From Lepidodermella squamata (Eukaryota > Animalia > Gastrotricha), in assembly GCA_047495785.1 (NCBI GenBank), contig JBLDXI010000046.1:992001-1056000 (forward strand): 64,000 bases of DNA. The letters are read 5' to 3'. A program made the translations under genes and the position numbers. Below, piece by piece: positions 37,030 to 50,200 of the stretch. The first letter of the stretch is position 1. The number at the start of each line of letters is the position of its first letter. Below the pieces are notes generated by a model. The model ran no database searches. It saw only the letters and a list, made by a program, of their open reading frames with translations, and was not told the DNA's origin.

Positions 37030-37720
37030 TCACACTGTAAAAGTTCCCTCGCCGTTGACGCTTTTTTGGGGTACCTCTGGTGAGAAAATCGACTTGATTG
37101 GGTCCCGAATCCTCGAGGTATCTAGGGACTTGCAACATGGTCGCAGGTAAGAAAAGCAGGCTTCCATGACACAGAAAAAACACACTAGGATAACCAATCC
37201 GAGGAACCCAAGGCCGATTGCGGCGAACGTGACGCCAATCGCTAAATCTGTGTATTTTCCATCCAATGTTACCACGTATACTTCAGCGGATTCGAAACAA
37301 GACACAACTGAACCATTTACACGAGCCACTGCTATCTGAAAAGTCGTGTCTTGGTAAATTATCCTCGCAAGCGTTGAAATTTGAAATTTTACCATGTAAT
37401 TGTTTACGTTACCCCTAGTCGTCAGTTCGAATGCTGGAACAGATGAATTTGCATTGCACCGATCTCCCCAAATTTTAGACCCATCGTCTGCGAGCGTGTA
37501 AGTTGAGTAGCTGATGAAGTAAAATGCTGATGAATTATCGCTAGGAGGTGAATAATCTTCCCACGAACAGCGAATCCAGACCCTCGTAGTAGCCATAAGT
37601 TCTCGTTGGGCATCTAAAATTGTAAATCGCTGGTTGACATGCTGGATTGAGGTAAGCTGAGGCTTCCAGTAAACAAGTGGCGACAATAAAAATGAAAGGA
37701 ATAACGAGAAATTTGTTCAT
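37030..37720 (-). pseudogene. FN3-like single-pass membrane protein, copy B (1-nt frameshift near 37580)
   Basis: ATG 37720 gives MNKFLVIPFIFIVATCLLEASA..CQPAIY. The frame shifts just before IRCSWEDYSPP; the remainder is intact to EGTFTV. Confidence 0.6.
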
Positions 37721-38579
37721 TTGTTCTACGCTATTACACTGATCTATTGGAGAAACTGAACTAGTTATATAAAATTCACAGTTATAGCGATGATTTATTG
37801 CTGGTTATCGCGTTAGCAAACTAAATAATCGTCTCCCCACGCTGAACTAATCATTTATTCAAGATTATGCTATGATTCATTCTGAAAAGATTAGCGTTGA
37901 ACTAAAAAACTATTGCATTGCTTCACTTTTGGCAAAATGGAGAGAGATAAACGTTATTACAGCAGCGAAAAGTGCGTTACTCCTTCGGCTTTCAGGTAAA
38001 ATAGCTGAGTAAAACCATGGCATATTCAAAATCTACTGCAAAACACTTGGTCGAATTCGCTAAACTTGCATTGGCAAGCGAAAGCTTCGGCTCAAGTGGA
38101 GAGCCAATGCTGGTATGCGCCTAGCTTGCATGTACGGAAGACAGCAGACAATTTTCATTTTCATGTCGCTTGTCGCAATTATAAGATTCTCGCCTCATAT
38201 TGGCAAGGTCGTGAATGTCATTGCAACAGCTTTCCAGCCTGGTGTTGGAATATCTTGGCCAAATCAATATTTCAAATTTTACCGCAGCAGCAAGAAATAC
38301 GGCGGACTTATGATTAGCGACAGCGACATAAAGGCAGATGCTTTTCGGAACATCATCTTCGTTTGATATCCGATTGGACAGCTGTCGTACAACGTACAAG
38401 TTCCGTCGAGGATTCAGCATATCGCTTATCGACACTCTTCAGACCTCTTCAAGAACCGCCGTTGAAAAATTCATTTCGCACATTTCGACTGGGAATATCA
38501 TTTAACCTGATCATGTTATACCCAACTATCAAGGTCTGCGCACAAGCTCGTATGAAAAAATGTGTGTGTGATTTGTAAT

Positions 38580-39172
38580 AAGTTTTTTGCCGGGGTCGTA
38601 TGTGTTGGCGAAAAAAAATCGCATACAGACCCGTTCACAAACTGATTTCTTTTCTCCTTGTATGTAATTTTTTCTGGCCGAAGAGGCCGCTGAAAAAATG
38701 ACCAACATCGATGGGGCTCGAACCCCGTCCGCCCGTTGAACAGGCCGGTCAATAGCAACTGCACTATGTTGCCATCGTATTTATCTGTCGCTATAAAAAG
38801 CATAAAGCATAATTATTGGTTGCTTATCTATAAAAGCTATCCGCGTTTTCTGGGTCAAGTGGGGGGCATGAATCATTAATCTTCGACTTGTTTTTTGACG
38901 TTTTCATCAATGAATTTTTTGCCTTAAAGCCTAATTTATAGGTCACACGTTATGCTTGACGGCTTATAGCCATGTCGATATAATTATCGATGTGTGCGAA
39001 GTCGTCAAGGGTTCGATTCGACGTGCCGCTATCCCTTTTTTCTGTGGCCTCTTCGGCCAGAAAAAAATCACATACAAGGAGAAAAGAAATCAGTTTGGGA
39101 ACGGGGGCTGTATGCTTTTTGCTGTATGTGTATGTGTTTACTCGCATACGCATGGGAAAAAAAAGAAACTAG
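38580..39172. mobile_element. MITE with ~100-bp imperfect terminal inverted repeats
   Basis: aaactgatttcttttctccttgtatgt...ctggccgaagaggcc (38639-38690) is mirrored at 39046-39097. Confidence 0.7.
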
Positions 39173-39280
39173 TTTGTGGGTAGGCCTTCAGTATCAGCAA
39201 ATTTCTTATTTATTTACGATTACATTTATAGATATTGTGATATTTTCTTTATTTTATTCACTGGGATTATCATCAGATTA

Positions 39281-39370
39281 CCGTAAAATGGGGTGATTTT
39301 GGCCAGCGGGGTGACATTGGCATAGGTTTTTGCGATCGAATTTTGAAGTAAAATTCACCCCATTTTATGG
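39281..39370. mobile_element. 90-bp Tc1/mariner/pogo-type mini-MITE with TA flanks
   Basis: TA-ccgtaaaatggggtga ... tcaccccattttatgg-TA. Confidence 0.7.
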
Positions 39371-39482
39371 TACGTCGTCATCAGTCACCAGAGATGTTTT
39401 CTTAGCTCCAAAAGTGCATCGTGTTTTCTTTCTCGTGCTTCTCAGCAACTTGATTTCGCCAAAATCAGGGAATCCCGTAAAT

Positions 39483-40162
39483 TCACGCTGTAAAACTGCC
39501 CTCGCCGTTGACGTTCTTCTGGGGTGGCTCTGGTACGAAAATCGATTTGATTGGATCGCGAATCTTCGAGGTGTCTATATATTCGCAACATATTCCCAGG
39601 TAAGAAAAGCAGGCTTCCATGCAACGAAAAAAATACACTAGAATAATCAATCCTGATACGCCAAGGCCGATTGCGGCGAACGTGACGGCAATTGCCAAAT
39701 CGGTATACTTTTTATTCAGCGTTATTATGAATACTTCGGCGGATTCGAAACAAGACAGAACTGGATCATTTACGCGAGCAACTGTTATCTGCAAAGTCAT
39801 ATTTTTGAAAAATATCTTCGCAAGCGTTGAAATTTTACCATATAATTGTATCCGCTACTCCCTGTCGTCGTTTCGAACGTTGGAGCTAAGGAATATTCTT
39901 CGAACCAATCTCCCCAAATTTTGACACCTTCTCTGATATTATAAGTTGTATAACTTATGAAGTAAAATGCGGAAGAATTATCGAGAGGAGGCGAATAATC
40001 TTCCCATGAACAGCGAATCAAAGCCTTGTAGTAGCCAGAAGTTCTCGTTGAGCATGCCAAATCGTAAATCGCTGGTTGACATGACTGATCAAGGGACGCT
40101 GAGTCTCCCAGTGGCAATGTGGCGAAAACAAAAATGAAAGAAAAAACGAGGGATTCCGTCAT
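39483..40162 (-). CDS. FN3-like single-pass membrane protein, copy C (intact); exons 40162-39839, 39788-39483
   Basis: Signal peptide, Cys-containing beta-rich domain, 50-nt phase-0 intron, TM helix, Cys-rich juxtamembrane region, ends EGSFTA. Confidence 0.75.
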
Positions 40163-41106
40163 TAATTATTCATTGTTATTGCACTGATCCGTGGGAGAAA
40201 CGGAAGTGTTGACAAATTTACAGTTGCGGCATGAGTTGCGGATACTGTACGGTACTGGTGCGCAAACAAAACAATCATGCTTACGTCAGCTGGAATTAAC
40301 AATTTCTTGGAATTATTAAAGATTATGATCATTATTTAAAAGAATACCTAGCTCACATATCGAAATATATAACTATTTAATCTAATAGATAAAATAGAGA
40401 GATACCGTAAACTGGAGTAAATTTGAGCAGTGGTATCACTTAAACATGCCAAAAGTGGGTCCAGCCGTGGCTGACATCCAACGGCACACCCACTTCCCCG
40501 ACACACCCACTTATTTAAACCTTGGTGACTGCCCAATGAAGATTGCAGCCGTCTGATCATCATGGAAATCTTATGCCATTTGCACACTGTATTCCCTCCA
40601 GGCTATCCATCGGTGTCCCAATCACTGGGTATTTACCTTACCATCTTCGATTTTTGGTATGCCAGAATCACCCCATTTTGGTACGTCAAAGTGACCCCCC
40701 AGTTAGATCCGTCGGGGGCCGCTCAGCATAACGCTTCTCGATTCTCGATTTTCTCTTCCGACGTTCGAAAAACGCAAATTTATTCCAGAAATAATTCACC
40801 TGAAAAGAGAGATGCTCATTTAACCTACTCACACGCCCTGCTCAACTATCGTTCACCTTTATAAGCAATTATATACATTTTATTAATTCAATTGTTAGAG
40901 AGCGTGATATCCAGGTCTGAAAGCTGAAAGCTCTACTAGACGCCGCGAAAGTTTTTCAAGTTCCGTGTTCTGTAATTATTTCTGGTCCATATGGAGATTC
41001 CAGATTCCAGGTGTCATCACATTCTTAAAGAGACTGCAAATCATGCAATTAGTGACTCAGCAAGTTGAACTGCTCGAGCAGTGATTTTTGTGAGTGTATT
41101 CAATTT

Positions 41107-43425
41107 TCATGAAAACAGATATAAGATAGGGCGATAAAACATTCCAGCTGATACCAAGGCAGATATCAGAAGCAGAGATGTTGCAATGGCTAGCTGCTGA
41201 GCCATAGCTTCAGTGTTCGAAAGCACTACTACAAGCAAAACCCCAGATATCCAAAGTGTTATTTCTCCAGAAATTGCCAGACGCAAATGCTTAACCGAAG
41301 CCAACCCACTGCTTTCAATATTTTTCAGCCGATAAGCTCTCAGGGATGTCAAAAGAAGTAAAAGGGTACTACTTGCAATCGTCACAATATAGAACGTTCC
41401 ATAAGACAGAGCATCACAGAAAACTTGAAAAGCTACGTATTCAGTATCAGTCGCGTCGTCGTAGTAAGATTCATCATCGAGCTTGACCTTTCGAACTATA
41501 AACCCTCCACTATCCGCCAGCAAGATAATCAACGCTGCTATGTTGATGACAGCGTAAACAGCTATTATGAGGACTATTGCACGACGGGACGATGCTGTGA
41601 CTACTCTGCTCGGAGGCGTCAAATTTGGTGATGGGAAAATGCGTGACTCGGACTTCGGAACTCCGAGGCTAGAAACTTTTCGCGACATTCTACACGATGT
41701 TCCGCTTGAGCAGATTGCAACCCACGCGAACAGTAGCCCATGAACTATCGTCAATCCTACAACACCCAGAGCAGTTCGAACGGCGCATATTACCACGCCT
41801 CCTTCTTCCGCTTCAGAACTTTCCGCCGAAAGAATTGCTGAAAAGTCTAAAAGGACACATCCGATAGCCAATATAATTGCATCTCTCTTGAAAAAGAGCT
41901 CCTTATTGGCAATTCGGCGCTTATAGGCCTTGGCAGTTATCACAACAACCGCGATGATTTTCGCTATTGAAGAAAGGACGCCAACAGTTGAGTATATAGC
42001 AAACACAAAAGACGGAATTCGTTTCAGCAAATTTAGCAGTGAAACACTGTCTCGAGGAGGTTTGCTGTCGGGAGTGTTCCATCTAAATGGCAGTAAAGGA
42101 GACAATACAAATCGATATTTTCTCGAATTATTTTCTGGCCTTTCAACAATTTTAAGAACAAATGCCGGGCGCTGAATGGCAGCTTGCGTCGAAACAAAAG
42201 ATAGATCATTCTCGATCTCTAGCCGTTCGCTGTACGAAATATTTCCGATGCGTAGGCTCGTGAATGGAAGGCTGGCTATCGTTCGATTCAAGACTTGCTG
42301 AACAAGGAATCTATCGTCTCGAAAACTTCTCAACGATTTATTCAACTTAACCAAGGCTAGTTCGGTCGCGTGAAGCGCTAGTAGGGGATGTAGTAGCCGA
42401 TCATGGCAAAAATGACGATCAGCATAATCTTCCCTTTTGGTTCCATTAACAAATTTCAAGAATTGCTCTTCAAAAGCTGTCAGGTCATAGCCAAGAATCG
42501 TTTGCCCGTTATTTTCCATTGCAACACTCGTTGGACCGACATAAAAGATGCTTTTGATTTGCTCGCTAACCATGTTTCTTGTGCAGGATCCACTTGGGGG
42601 CAATGAAGTCAAGGGATCACGGCCACCCTGCGAAAAAGGCGCCAGGAAAACATACCTCTGCCCCGTCATTCCTGCGCTATAGGCTAAGCATAAGAAATTT
42701 GTGAAGTAGCCATATTCGATAGTTTGAATATAGATAACCCTCGCTCCACTTTCTTGCAGCATCATTATGGAGTTTTCGTCTATCGATGGAGAAGCGTCGA
42801 ACCACACGATTTTTATCCCATCGGCACTGGCAGTTTGATGTAAGTGTATAGCTACAGCTGTATTGAACTCGTTTTCTCCATTTGCGATGATAGCGATTTT
42901 CCTCCACTTCCCGACCTGCTTCATGAAAGCAACGACAGACGGATTGCCTGCTTCGGTCGAGGCTCTTATTCGATACATTCCCGGGAAGAGTTTACGATTC
43001 ATCGTGAACCTCGGATTCAGACACGCTGTGGCCATATTTATCATCCCGAAATGATGAATTATAGAGCCTAACGCCCGGCAACCTGGTGTCAAAGCTGGGC
43101 CGGAAACTAGCGGAGCTTGAAACACATTTTTCAGTAGCTGATTGTCAGCGAAACTTCGATCGAATGCGATCATTGAACTTGCAGCGAACACGCTGTTGCC
43201 GCCTTCATTTTCATTAACCAAGGTTACGTGGTAATCTGGCAATATGTCATCACGCTCGTTCACCATTGCAATAAGCATATCTTGAACGGCGGCGCAGTTG
43301 CTCGACGGCGCGGAGAGTCGCAAGTTCAGCATTCTCAGCTCGTACAGTTTCTTCCTTGCCCTTCCCAAATGAATAGCTGTGGCTGAAAGGACGGCTATAA
43401 CAAGAATGACTTGCTCAGTATGCAT
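41107..43425 (-). CDS. Intronless class C GPCR, GABA-B-like (Venus flytrap + 7TM, no Cys-rich domain)
   Basis: Signal peptide; VNERDDILPDY; NRKLFPGMYR; WRKIAII; LQESGARVI; FLCLAYSAGMTGQRYVF; W..PP.D before TM1; seven hydrophobic helices. Confidence 0.85.
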   Translation of the reverse strand: MHTEQVILVIAVLSATAIHLGRARKKLYELRMLNLRLSAPSSNCAAVQDMLIAMVNERDDILPDYHVTLVNENEGGNSVFAASSMIAFDRSFADNQLLKNVFQAPLVSGPALTPGCRALGSIIHHFGMINMATACLNPRFTMNRKLFPGMYRIRASTEAGNPSVVAFMKQVGKWRKIAIIANGENEFNTAVAIHLHQTASADGIKIVWFDASPSIDENSIMMLQESGARVIYIQTIEYGYFTNFLCLAYSAGMTGQRYVFLAPFSQGGRDPLTSLPPSGSCTRNMVSEQIKSIFYVGPTSVAMENNGQTILGYDLTAFEEQFLKFVNGTKREDYADRHFCHDRLLHPLLALHATELALVKLNKSLRSFRDDRFLVQQVLNRTIASLPFTSLRIGNISYSERLEIENDLSFVSTQAAIQRPAFVLKIVERPENNSRKYRFVLSPLLPFRWNTPDSKPPRDSVSLLNLLKRIPSFVFAIYSTVGVLSSIAKIIAVVVITAKAYKRRIANKELFFKRDAIILAIGCVLLDFSAILSAESSEAEEGGVVICAVRTALGVVGLTIVHGLLFAWVAICSSGTSCRMSRKVSSLGVPKSESRIFPSPNLTPPSRVVTASSRRAIVLIIAVYAVINIAALIILLADSGGFIVRKVKLDDESYYDDATDTEYVAFQVFCDALSYGTFYIVTIASSTLLLLLTSLRAYRLKNIESSGLASVKHLRLAISGEITLWISGVLLVVVLSNTEAMAQQLAIATSLLLISALVSAGMFYRPILYLFS

Positions 43426-44282
43426 TGTTTTTCAACGAAAGCAAATTCAAGTTTTGAAGCTATGAAATATCGCCTAAATAACGACTATCTGACGTATATT
43501 TTTACAGCAACGGGAAATGGCACTTATCTAAGAGAAAACAACACCTTGTCGTTGAGAGGTTGTTTAGCGGCTTGTAAATGTGTGCGCGTTGCAAAGCCAA
43601 CGATGTCAGTTTCCGGCTTTTTTCTATTGCTGAGTAGCTTTTCGATTCCTGCCATTTTGATACTATAAGGACTAATTTTGACGAGTAACAATAGCTTGTG
43701 GCTGCTTAAGCTAGTGAGAAATTCAACCTGGGCCTTGTCTCACCATGTGATGCTGATGCTGGTTCCGCATCTCGCCGGAAACACGCATTTCCTACTGTCA
43801 GGAAAGCGAACGGAGTTTTGGCCTGTAAAATGAATCTGCATCTCTGAACTGACGATCGCTATCTGTGGGTTGAACCTTCGAAACTTGAAGGCTTTAGCAT
43901 CTGTCTAAAGAGGTCAACTAGTACAAATTACTGGCTGGCTACATCACAGCATAAGTTTACAAGCATAATGATCTTTGACAGACCAAAATGGGCGAAAGTT
44001 TGAACGTAGCTGGGCCAAGACCCCATAGCCGGCGTATTAGCCGAAGGCGGTCCATTTTACCCTGTGAAGTGACCTGAAATCTTATTAAATTAATAGTTGT
44101 GCTCATTATTGTGGGATCTTCGATTTTAATGTTCAAGTTCTTATTGAATTTGTTTCCCTACATTTTCAGGCATTTTAAATTTTCTCGGAAAACAGAGATC
44201 CACAAACGATTTTATCAAAAGATCACACAGCTTTATTTTCAAAACTCAATAACAAATAAGATAAAAAAAAGCGTGAAAAACG

Positions 44283-47200
44283 TTAAAAATCCGGCACAGC
44301 CCGGCGTCTCGCCCCGCGCTCCTCCAATATACGAACCACAGCTTGGTCATTGGTCATATCTATCAGTGTTTGGCCCTTGTAGTTCTTGACGATCAACAAA
44401 TCCGGCTTCCGATTCAAAAAGTACCGCAACGTCTCGGCACAACTCGCCATAGCAGCGAAATGTGCGGCTATATTGCCAGTTTTCGGCTGTCTCGCGTACA
44501 AATCCGCGTTCCGCCCGACTAGATACTCGACAATTCGCAAGTTGCCCTTAGTCGCAGCTTCCATCAACGGTGTCTTGCCAGCCGCGCCGAATTCTTCAAT
44601 ATCAACCCCGCGTTCTTCGATCAAAAACCGGGTGACATCTAAATGGCCGTGGTGAATTGCGTAAGCTAGCGGGGTGGCGCCGGCGTAATTTCTCGACTTG
44701 ATCAAATCGTGATCAAAATCAAGCAAATACCTAACAACGCCCAGATGGCCGTATTGGCAAGCGAGATGGATGGACGACACGCATCGCTTCGTTATAGCAG
44801 CTCTCACGTTAGCGCATCGCTTTTCGACCAGGTACCTAACAACTTCAACATGGCCGTTTTTCGCCGCCTGCATCAAGGGGGTAATGTTGTTAGGCGGCTC
44901 GGCTTCTTCGGTGCTTTCGACGAGAAAGCGGCGGGTCGTATCTGAGACAGATTCGTTTGACAAAACAGCCTCGATTGCGGCCACATTTCCGGCTCGAGCG
45001 GCGGTGTGGATTTTCTTGATCGCAACTTGTAACTGCAAAAGGACGGAAATTTTCTAAAAAATTGGTCTGTTATTGATCATGGCTGTAATTATGAAATGAA
45101 ACGTGCACAGCATGTCCCACAAGTCTCGCCGCCATACACAATTTTTGCAATCGCTTCTTTTGAAATTTTCACAAATTCAACCCACTGGAGCATTTCAAGT
45201 TCTTTATTCGAGTGGTCCCCATTGAAACACTCGAATTAAGACTTATCGGTAAATTCCGGTATTTTATACCTGGCTGTAACTAATAAGGAAATGTTCGGAA
45301 TTTTCCGACACGCAGTTTGCAACTGACGCAGCAGACACGTATTTTGTGTGTTTTGGTTTCCACATAAAATTCGCCCATTGCGCATCGTAATTAGTATTCA
45401 GCTGAAATTTGGTCTCGGGCAATGAGTACAGCCGCAATCGCTATTTCAACCGCTAACTGCTGTAGCAATGGCAGACGCGAATTCTAATGAGATTCAGCCT
45501 TCCCTGCGCGCACACATCTATGCAAATTAGAGAGTGTATGTGCGCGATCATCGCTATTGAACTCAGTATTTTAATTTTCGCTCCCATTTTATCTTGCTTT
45601 TTAGGTTATATTTCGCGCTTTCCATCATGTATATGCGGCTTCTATTCAGCGTCATCAACTATAACAAATTTTTGTTTGTATTTCTCACCTCTAGGTATTG
45701 AGACAGATCATGTTATGCACGAGACTATAGACTCGTTTCATACACGCTGCGCGAGTCATCTTGAGATTAGGATGGAAGGGATAGAGACTTAGAGAAAGAG
45801 AGAGAGAGAGGGAGGTGGGGTGGGGGTGGGGATTTCGAGATCACCAAGACCGCAGTCAGTCCAAATGGGTGGTTTTCGCTATACGTTTCACACCATTTCA
45901 ATTCGAATTTAGAAGATAGAATATAAATGTTGATTTGCTGCAGCTATTAGCGCAGTTGTGGCGGACAATACACTGTAGAAAATGACACAGTAGGTGTTTG
46001 CGATCGCTGCTCGTCTTAGCTGCTGTGTCTCATCATTAGAAGTAAAAATTAGAAGAGAGAGATAGAAATTATGACTCATGCGTTCGTGTATATACTGCTA
46101 AACAAAAGAGGTGACAGGCCAGGTGAGAAGGCGTCTCATTTTCAATTAGTAATCGCTTAACCATCTTTATATCTGATCGCACAGGCTGGGGGTGGCCGAT
46201 TTGCCGCTCTTAAAGATAACTCAATCCTTTCGACGAGTGCTACGTCGCAGGTGGACTGTTTTGTTACGGCTACGCTGACGCGAGTCAACGACAGCTAAGG
46301 GCGCGGTCTGCGTCGCTTGGTCACAGCAGGTTGGCGATTGTTCAGCAGGATCCTCTGGTTCTGGCTTCACTGTCAGTAGTGATTCGGGTTCTGAGTCTTC
46401 ACGATCATCGGCGGGCGACGGCTCTCGAGCTGCCATCAGGATTTCTAACGACTGCCGGTTAACGACGTAGCGGACATACGCCTCGTTTCTCGTATGTGGT
46501 CCATGTGCTTCCAGAGAGCACGATCATGATCTTTGATGATGTCATGGATAAAAGCAGCAAAGCCGGAGCCGACACGGAAGTCGTAAATGGTACTAATGGT
46601 CCCGGACCCCTCGGCCGCTAGTTTCTTTCCACCGCCAATGGTCACTGTTTTTGTAACCGGCCATGGTGCGTGCATCTCCGTCAAGAACCGTTTCGGGAAC
46701 CAGCTGCGGAACGCGAGCAGTCTGGGGATTCCAGGGGCTCACTCATCACCCACCGTACATACGACGCAGTAATCGCGAGATCGCGAGCATGAACGCTGTG
46801 GCGGAACAGGAATGATTCGTAGGTGCGAAGTGCTGCTGCCACGAGCTCCTCGACGCCGGCACCGGTCGATACGTCGTAATTCCGACCGGAGATGTCACTG
46901 GATGCTGGGCTGCTGGCAACCTAGCGTTGATCATCGACATTAGACATACTGGGAGTAGTTGTAGTTGATTGCTTGAAGGAGGAGGGAGTTATGGAAATGC
47001 CTTCGACATAGTCATTTTTATATGGTAACCAGCGGACAATACGCGGTCACGGGTCAATGATTCCATGGATAACTGTTTGGGTTATCGTCCTGGAATTAAA
47101 ACGTCCCTTAACTGATTGAAAATATTGCTTGTCTTAGCGAGACATTCACGACGAAACCATTGATCCCATTGCGATCGGTAGCTTTTTTTGGCTCTTTGTG

Positions 47201-50200
47201 ACCATCTGGATCGAAGATGACCGCGCGTACATGTGTGCTCCGAGAAGATTTTCGAATTGGATTTCCCAGAAGCGGTAGTCCTCGACATAGGACAACTGTT
47301 TCACATGGATTGGCGAGTTTACGTAGTTGAAATCCGCTGGCATATAGCCAAGCAGTGGAATCGTCGTGGCGGCCCAAAACCTGTTAGAACTACCAGGATG
47401 CAACAACGTGATATATGGCAATCTTGTGTGTTTATTGATTCGCTCCGGCATGGTTATTTAGAGGTCGGTGGACTCATATTTTATCAGGAAATACGATGCG
47501 TTCAGTAGAGTGCGAACTAGCTATAGTCGGCACACGCGTCCACGGGCGCCGGCGCGAACCACTCAACCAAAGCTTCCAACTCCGGATCGGGCGCCAATAA
47601 TTGCTGCCGAACGCTCTGGTGAAAACGCATGACTGCGTCGTCGATGGCCACGGTACGAGCCTGGTCGGAATAAGCTAACCGAAGTTCTTACGTCGCGAGG
47701 ATGAATATTGCGAACTCCACGACACCGTCGAGAGTCGACAAGTCAAGGGCTTCAAGATCCGCAACTGACATCTTGGCAAGGTTGCAGATTAGAAATGTTC
47801 ACAGATTGAAAATAAATAGCAACTAGCTAAGGTCGGCTACATTGAATAGTCGCAGTTTCGGACGGAGATCTGAATGGACGCTGGGCTACTGAGAACCGAT
47901 CGTTGTTCTTCAAAATAAGACATGCTGGAAAATTGGTTGTGGTTATAAGACAAATGGTTTATATGGGCTTCAACTTGGCCTCGTTTTTTGGCCAGAGTCA
48001 CTTCTGACACAAAATGCAACGGGTTTGAGCTCTTACAAGTCGGATCCTAGCAACTTCGGTGGATTGCGCGATAAAATCAGCTAAAACAACAAGAACTACA
48101 GCGAAATAACCAAAGTCTAATCAATATTCAGGCGAAGGCGTTTTGGCCTTGGAGCAGGTTTCCGTGGAGAGCGTCAATGGCTACCGAGTGTTTACTTAAT
48201 TATATGCACATTGGTCGAAGTCCACAACGTGTTCAAGGCCACCGAACCCGGTTACAGCTCGGTTTACGCGTTTCAATAATGAAAATGAATAACTCTGCTT
48301 GAACAGTTAGTTGATTATTTGCCGGTATTATTGTGTTCGCAATAAATTTCGCATTAGAGAATATTTCCTGCTATTTAATAAAAAAATATTTGCGAGAATA
48401 ATTTTCTCATGTTCCTGGCTCCCTTTTCTTTTAGGCGCATCTTTCGTATGTTCAAAGATTGTCGCTAAATATTTCAATTCGGGCGCAAGTGACGCTTTTG
48501 TCATTTGTCGGGCGCTATTGTCGCGGTACTCAAATTTCGGCACACCGAAAAGTTTCATCGGAATAAAACCGAATTTTCGCGATAGGATTTTCACAAGTCG
48601 AAAATAAAATGCACCATTATCGCTATTACTGGGTAACAATTCACTCGACGTTTTTGGCGAAATCGAATGAAAATTTCACAGCTTTTTATCTTCTGAGAAA
48701 TAATCGAAAAATATCCAAAAATTCGAAATGCTGTTTCGAAATACAAGGGAAAACTTTGGCTTGAAAGGTCTCCAAATTTTTTCAATTTTATAGCTAAACA
48801 TTGGATTCACATACATTTTCGTTGTCCAGTTCTTCCATCGATTGCCACTTCAGGTCCATCTCCTGCAATTTTTTCAACGCCTCCAATATGTCAGCCTCAA
48901 TCGACGCGTCGGCCTTGAACGCAATTTTCCCATTCAGCGGCTCAGTTTTCAGCTTTTCAAGCGCAACAATCTGCAAATCGCGCTCTGCAACTCGCGCGAA
49001 TAACCTCGCAATTTCTTCGACGCCGCAATTTAGGACCGATTTGGTGGTCAATGCGCTGATTTTATTGCCCAATTCAGTGTCGGTTGATGTCCCATTCGCT
49101 AGAACTTGGTCCATCTCGGCTAATTTCGCATCTCTCGCTTCATAGGCTTTTGCGATCAATTTCGCCTCAGTTTGTGCCAGGGTTAATCGAATATTCGCCT
49201 CGAGAGTTTGCATAGTCTCAGTTATTTCATTCCGAGTTGAAGCTAATTGCTGGTCCAAAATTTGTTTCAAAGACACCATCTTATCTTCGATTCCATCCTT
49301 TGATTTTTCAAGCCGTTGTTGAAACTTGAAGGAAAAAATTAGTTAAAAAAATCGTTAAAATTTTGTTTTGAAAAATTTGAAATTAAATTTCAATAAAGGC
49401 AATGAAATTTGAAAAAATCGTTTTAATTTCTTAAAATTTCTTACCCCACTTGATAAATCGATCATTTCGACTTTCATTTTCTCCATGTGAGCGATTCCAC
49501 AGCCGTGGCAAAATTTCATGCCGCAATGCTCGCAATTTAAAGGCGCTTTAGTTAAGAAAACGTGAGGGCAAGTGTCGTGATGAGAATCGGATAGACGCGT
49601 TCCGGCTTCGGATGTTGAAGCTCGGCTGGCTGAGCTTTCGTATAATGCAACGGTTCTCTGAAGCTGGATATTGGTTTTCAGACCTGAAAATTGGAATAAT
49701 TCGATGAAACAAATAACAAATTCAATCAAATTTACTATTGTCCAATTTTTGAATTTTTTGAAATTTCATAAAAAATATGTTTCACATTTTTGAATTTTCA
49801 GAAAAAAAGGAATAAATTGAAAGTTTAGAAAATTCATCTAAAAATGATTTTTTAATTTTTAATTCTTTTTTAATTTGAATTTGAGAGAGAATGTCAATTA
49901 ATTTTCAAATTTCGAAGCTGATTTTGGCCAACGAGAGTTACCGTATCAGCCATGACCGTATCAGCTACCTACCATAAGCTCCATTAGGTCCGAGTGGGCT
50001 AACGTGGCGGCATTCAGGGCAAGCTATGCGAGTAGAATCGTTTGACAATTGAATGATTTTCGTGACACAGTCGAAACAAATCGAATGACCGCAATTCGGC
50101 ATGACCTTCGGCGTTTTAAATAGATCCAGGCAAACCGGGCATGACAGTACGTCATCGATGGTATTGCCCGAATTGAAACTGTCGTCCAAGCCACTTGAAT

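Noticed and set aside
38017-38560. Coding-looking + strand segment (MAYSKSTAKH...; FSPHIGKVV...)
   Set aside because: It has in-frame stops, no consistent splice model and no recognisable motif, so it cannot be supported as a gene.
38700-39030. tRNA-like B-box motifs (gggttcgattc, ggctcgaacccc)
   Set aside because: No cloverleaf could be folded; they lie within a MITE's inverted arms.
44283-45038. Stand-alone ankyrin gene as listed in the ORF track
   Set aside because: It begins at a TTG inside a splice acceptor and is better explained as the last exon of the RING gene starting at 50219.
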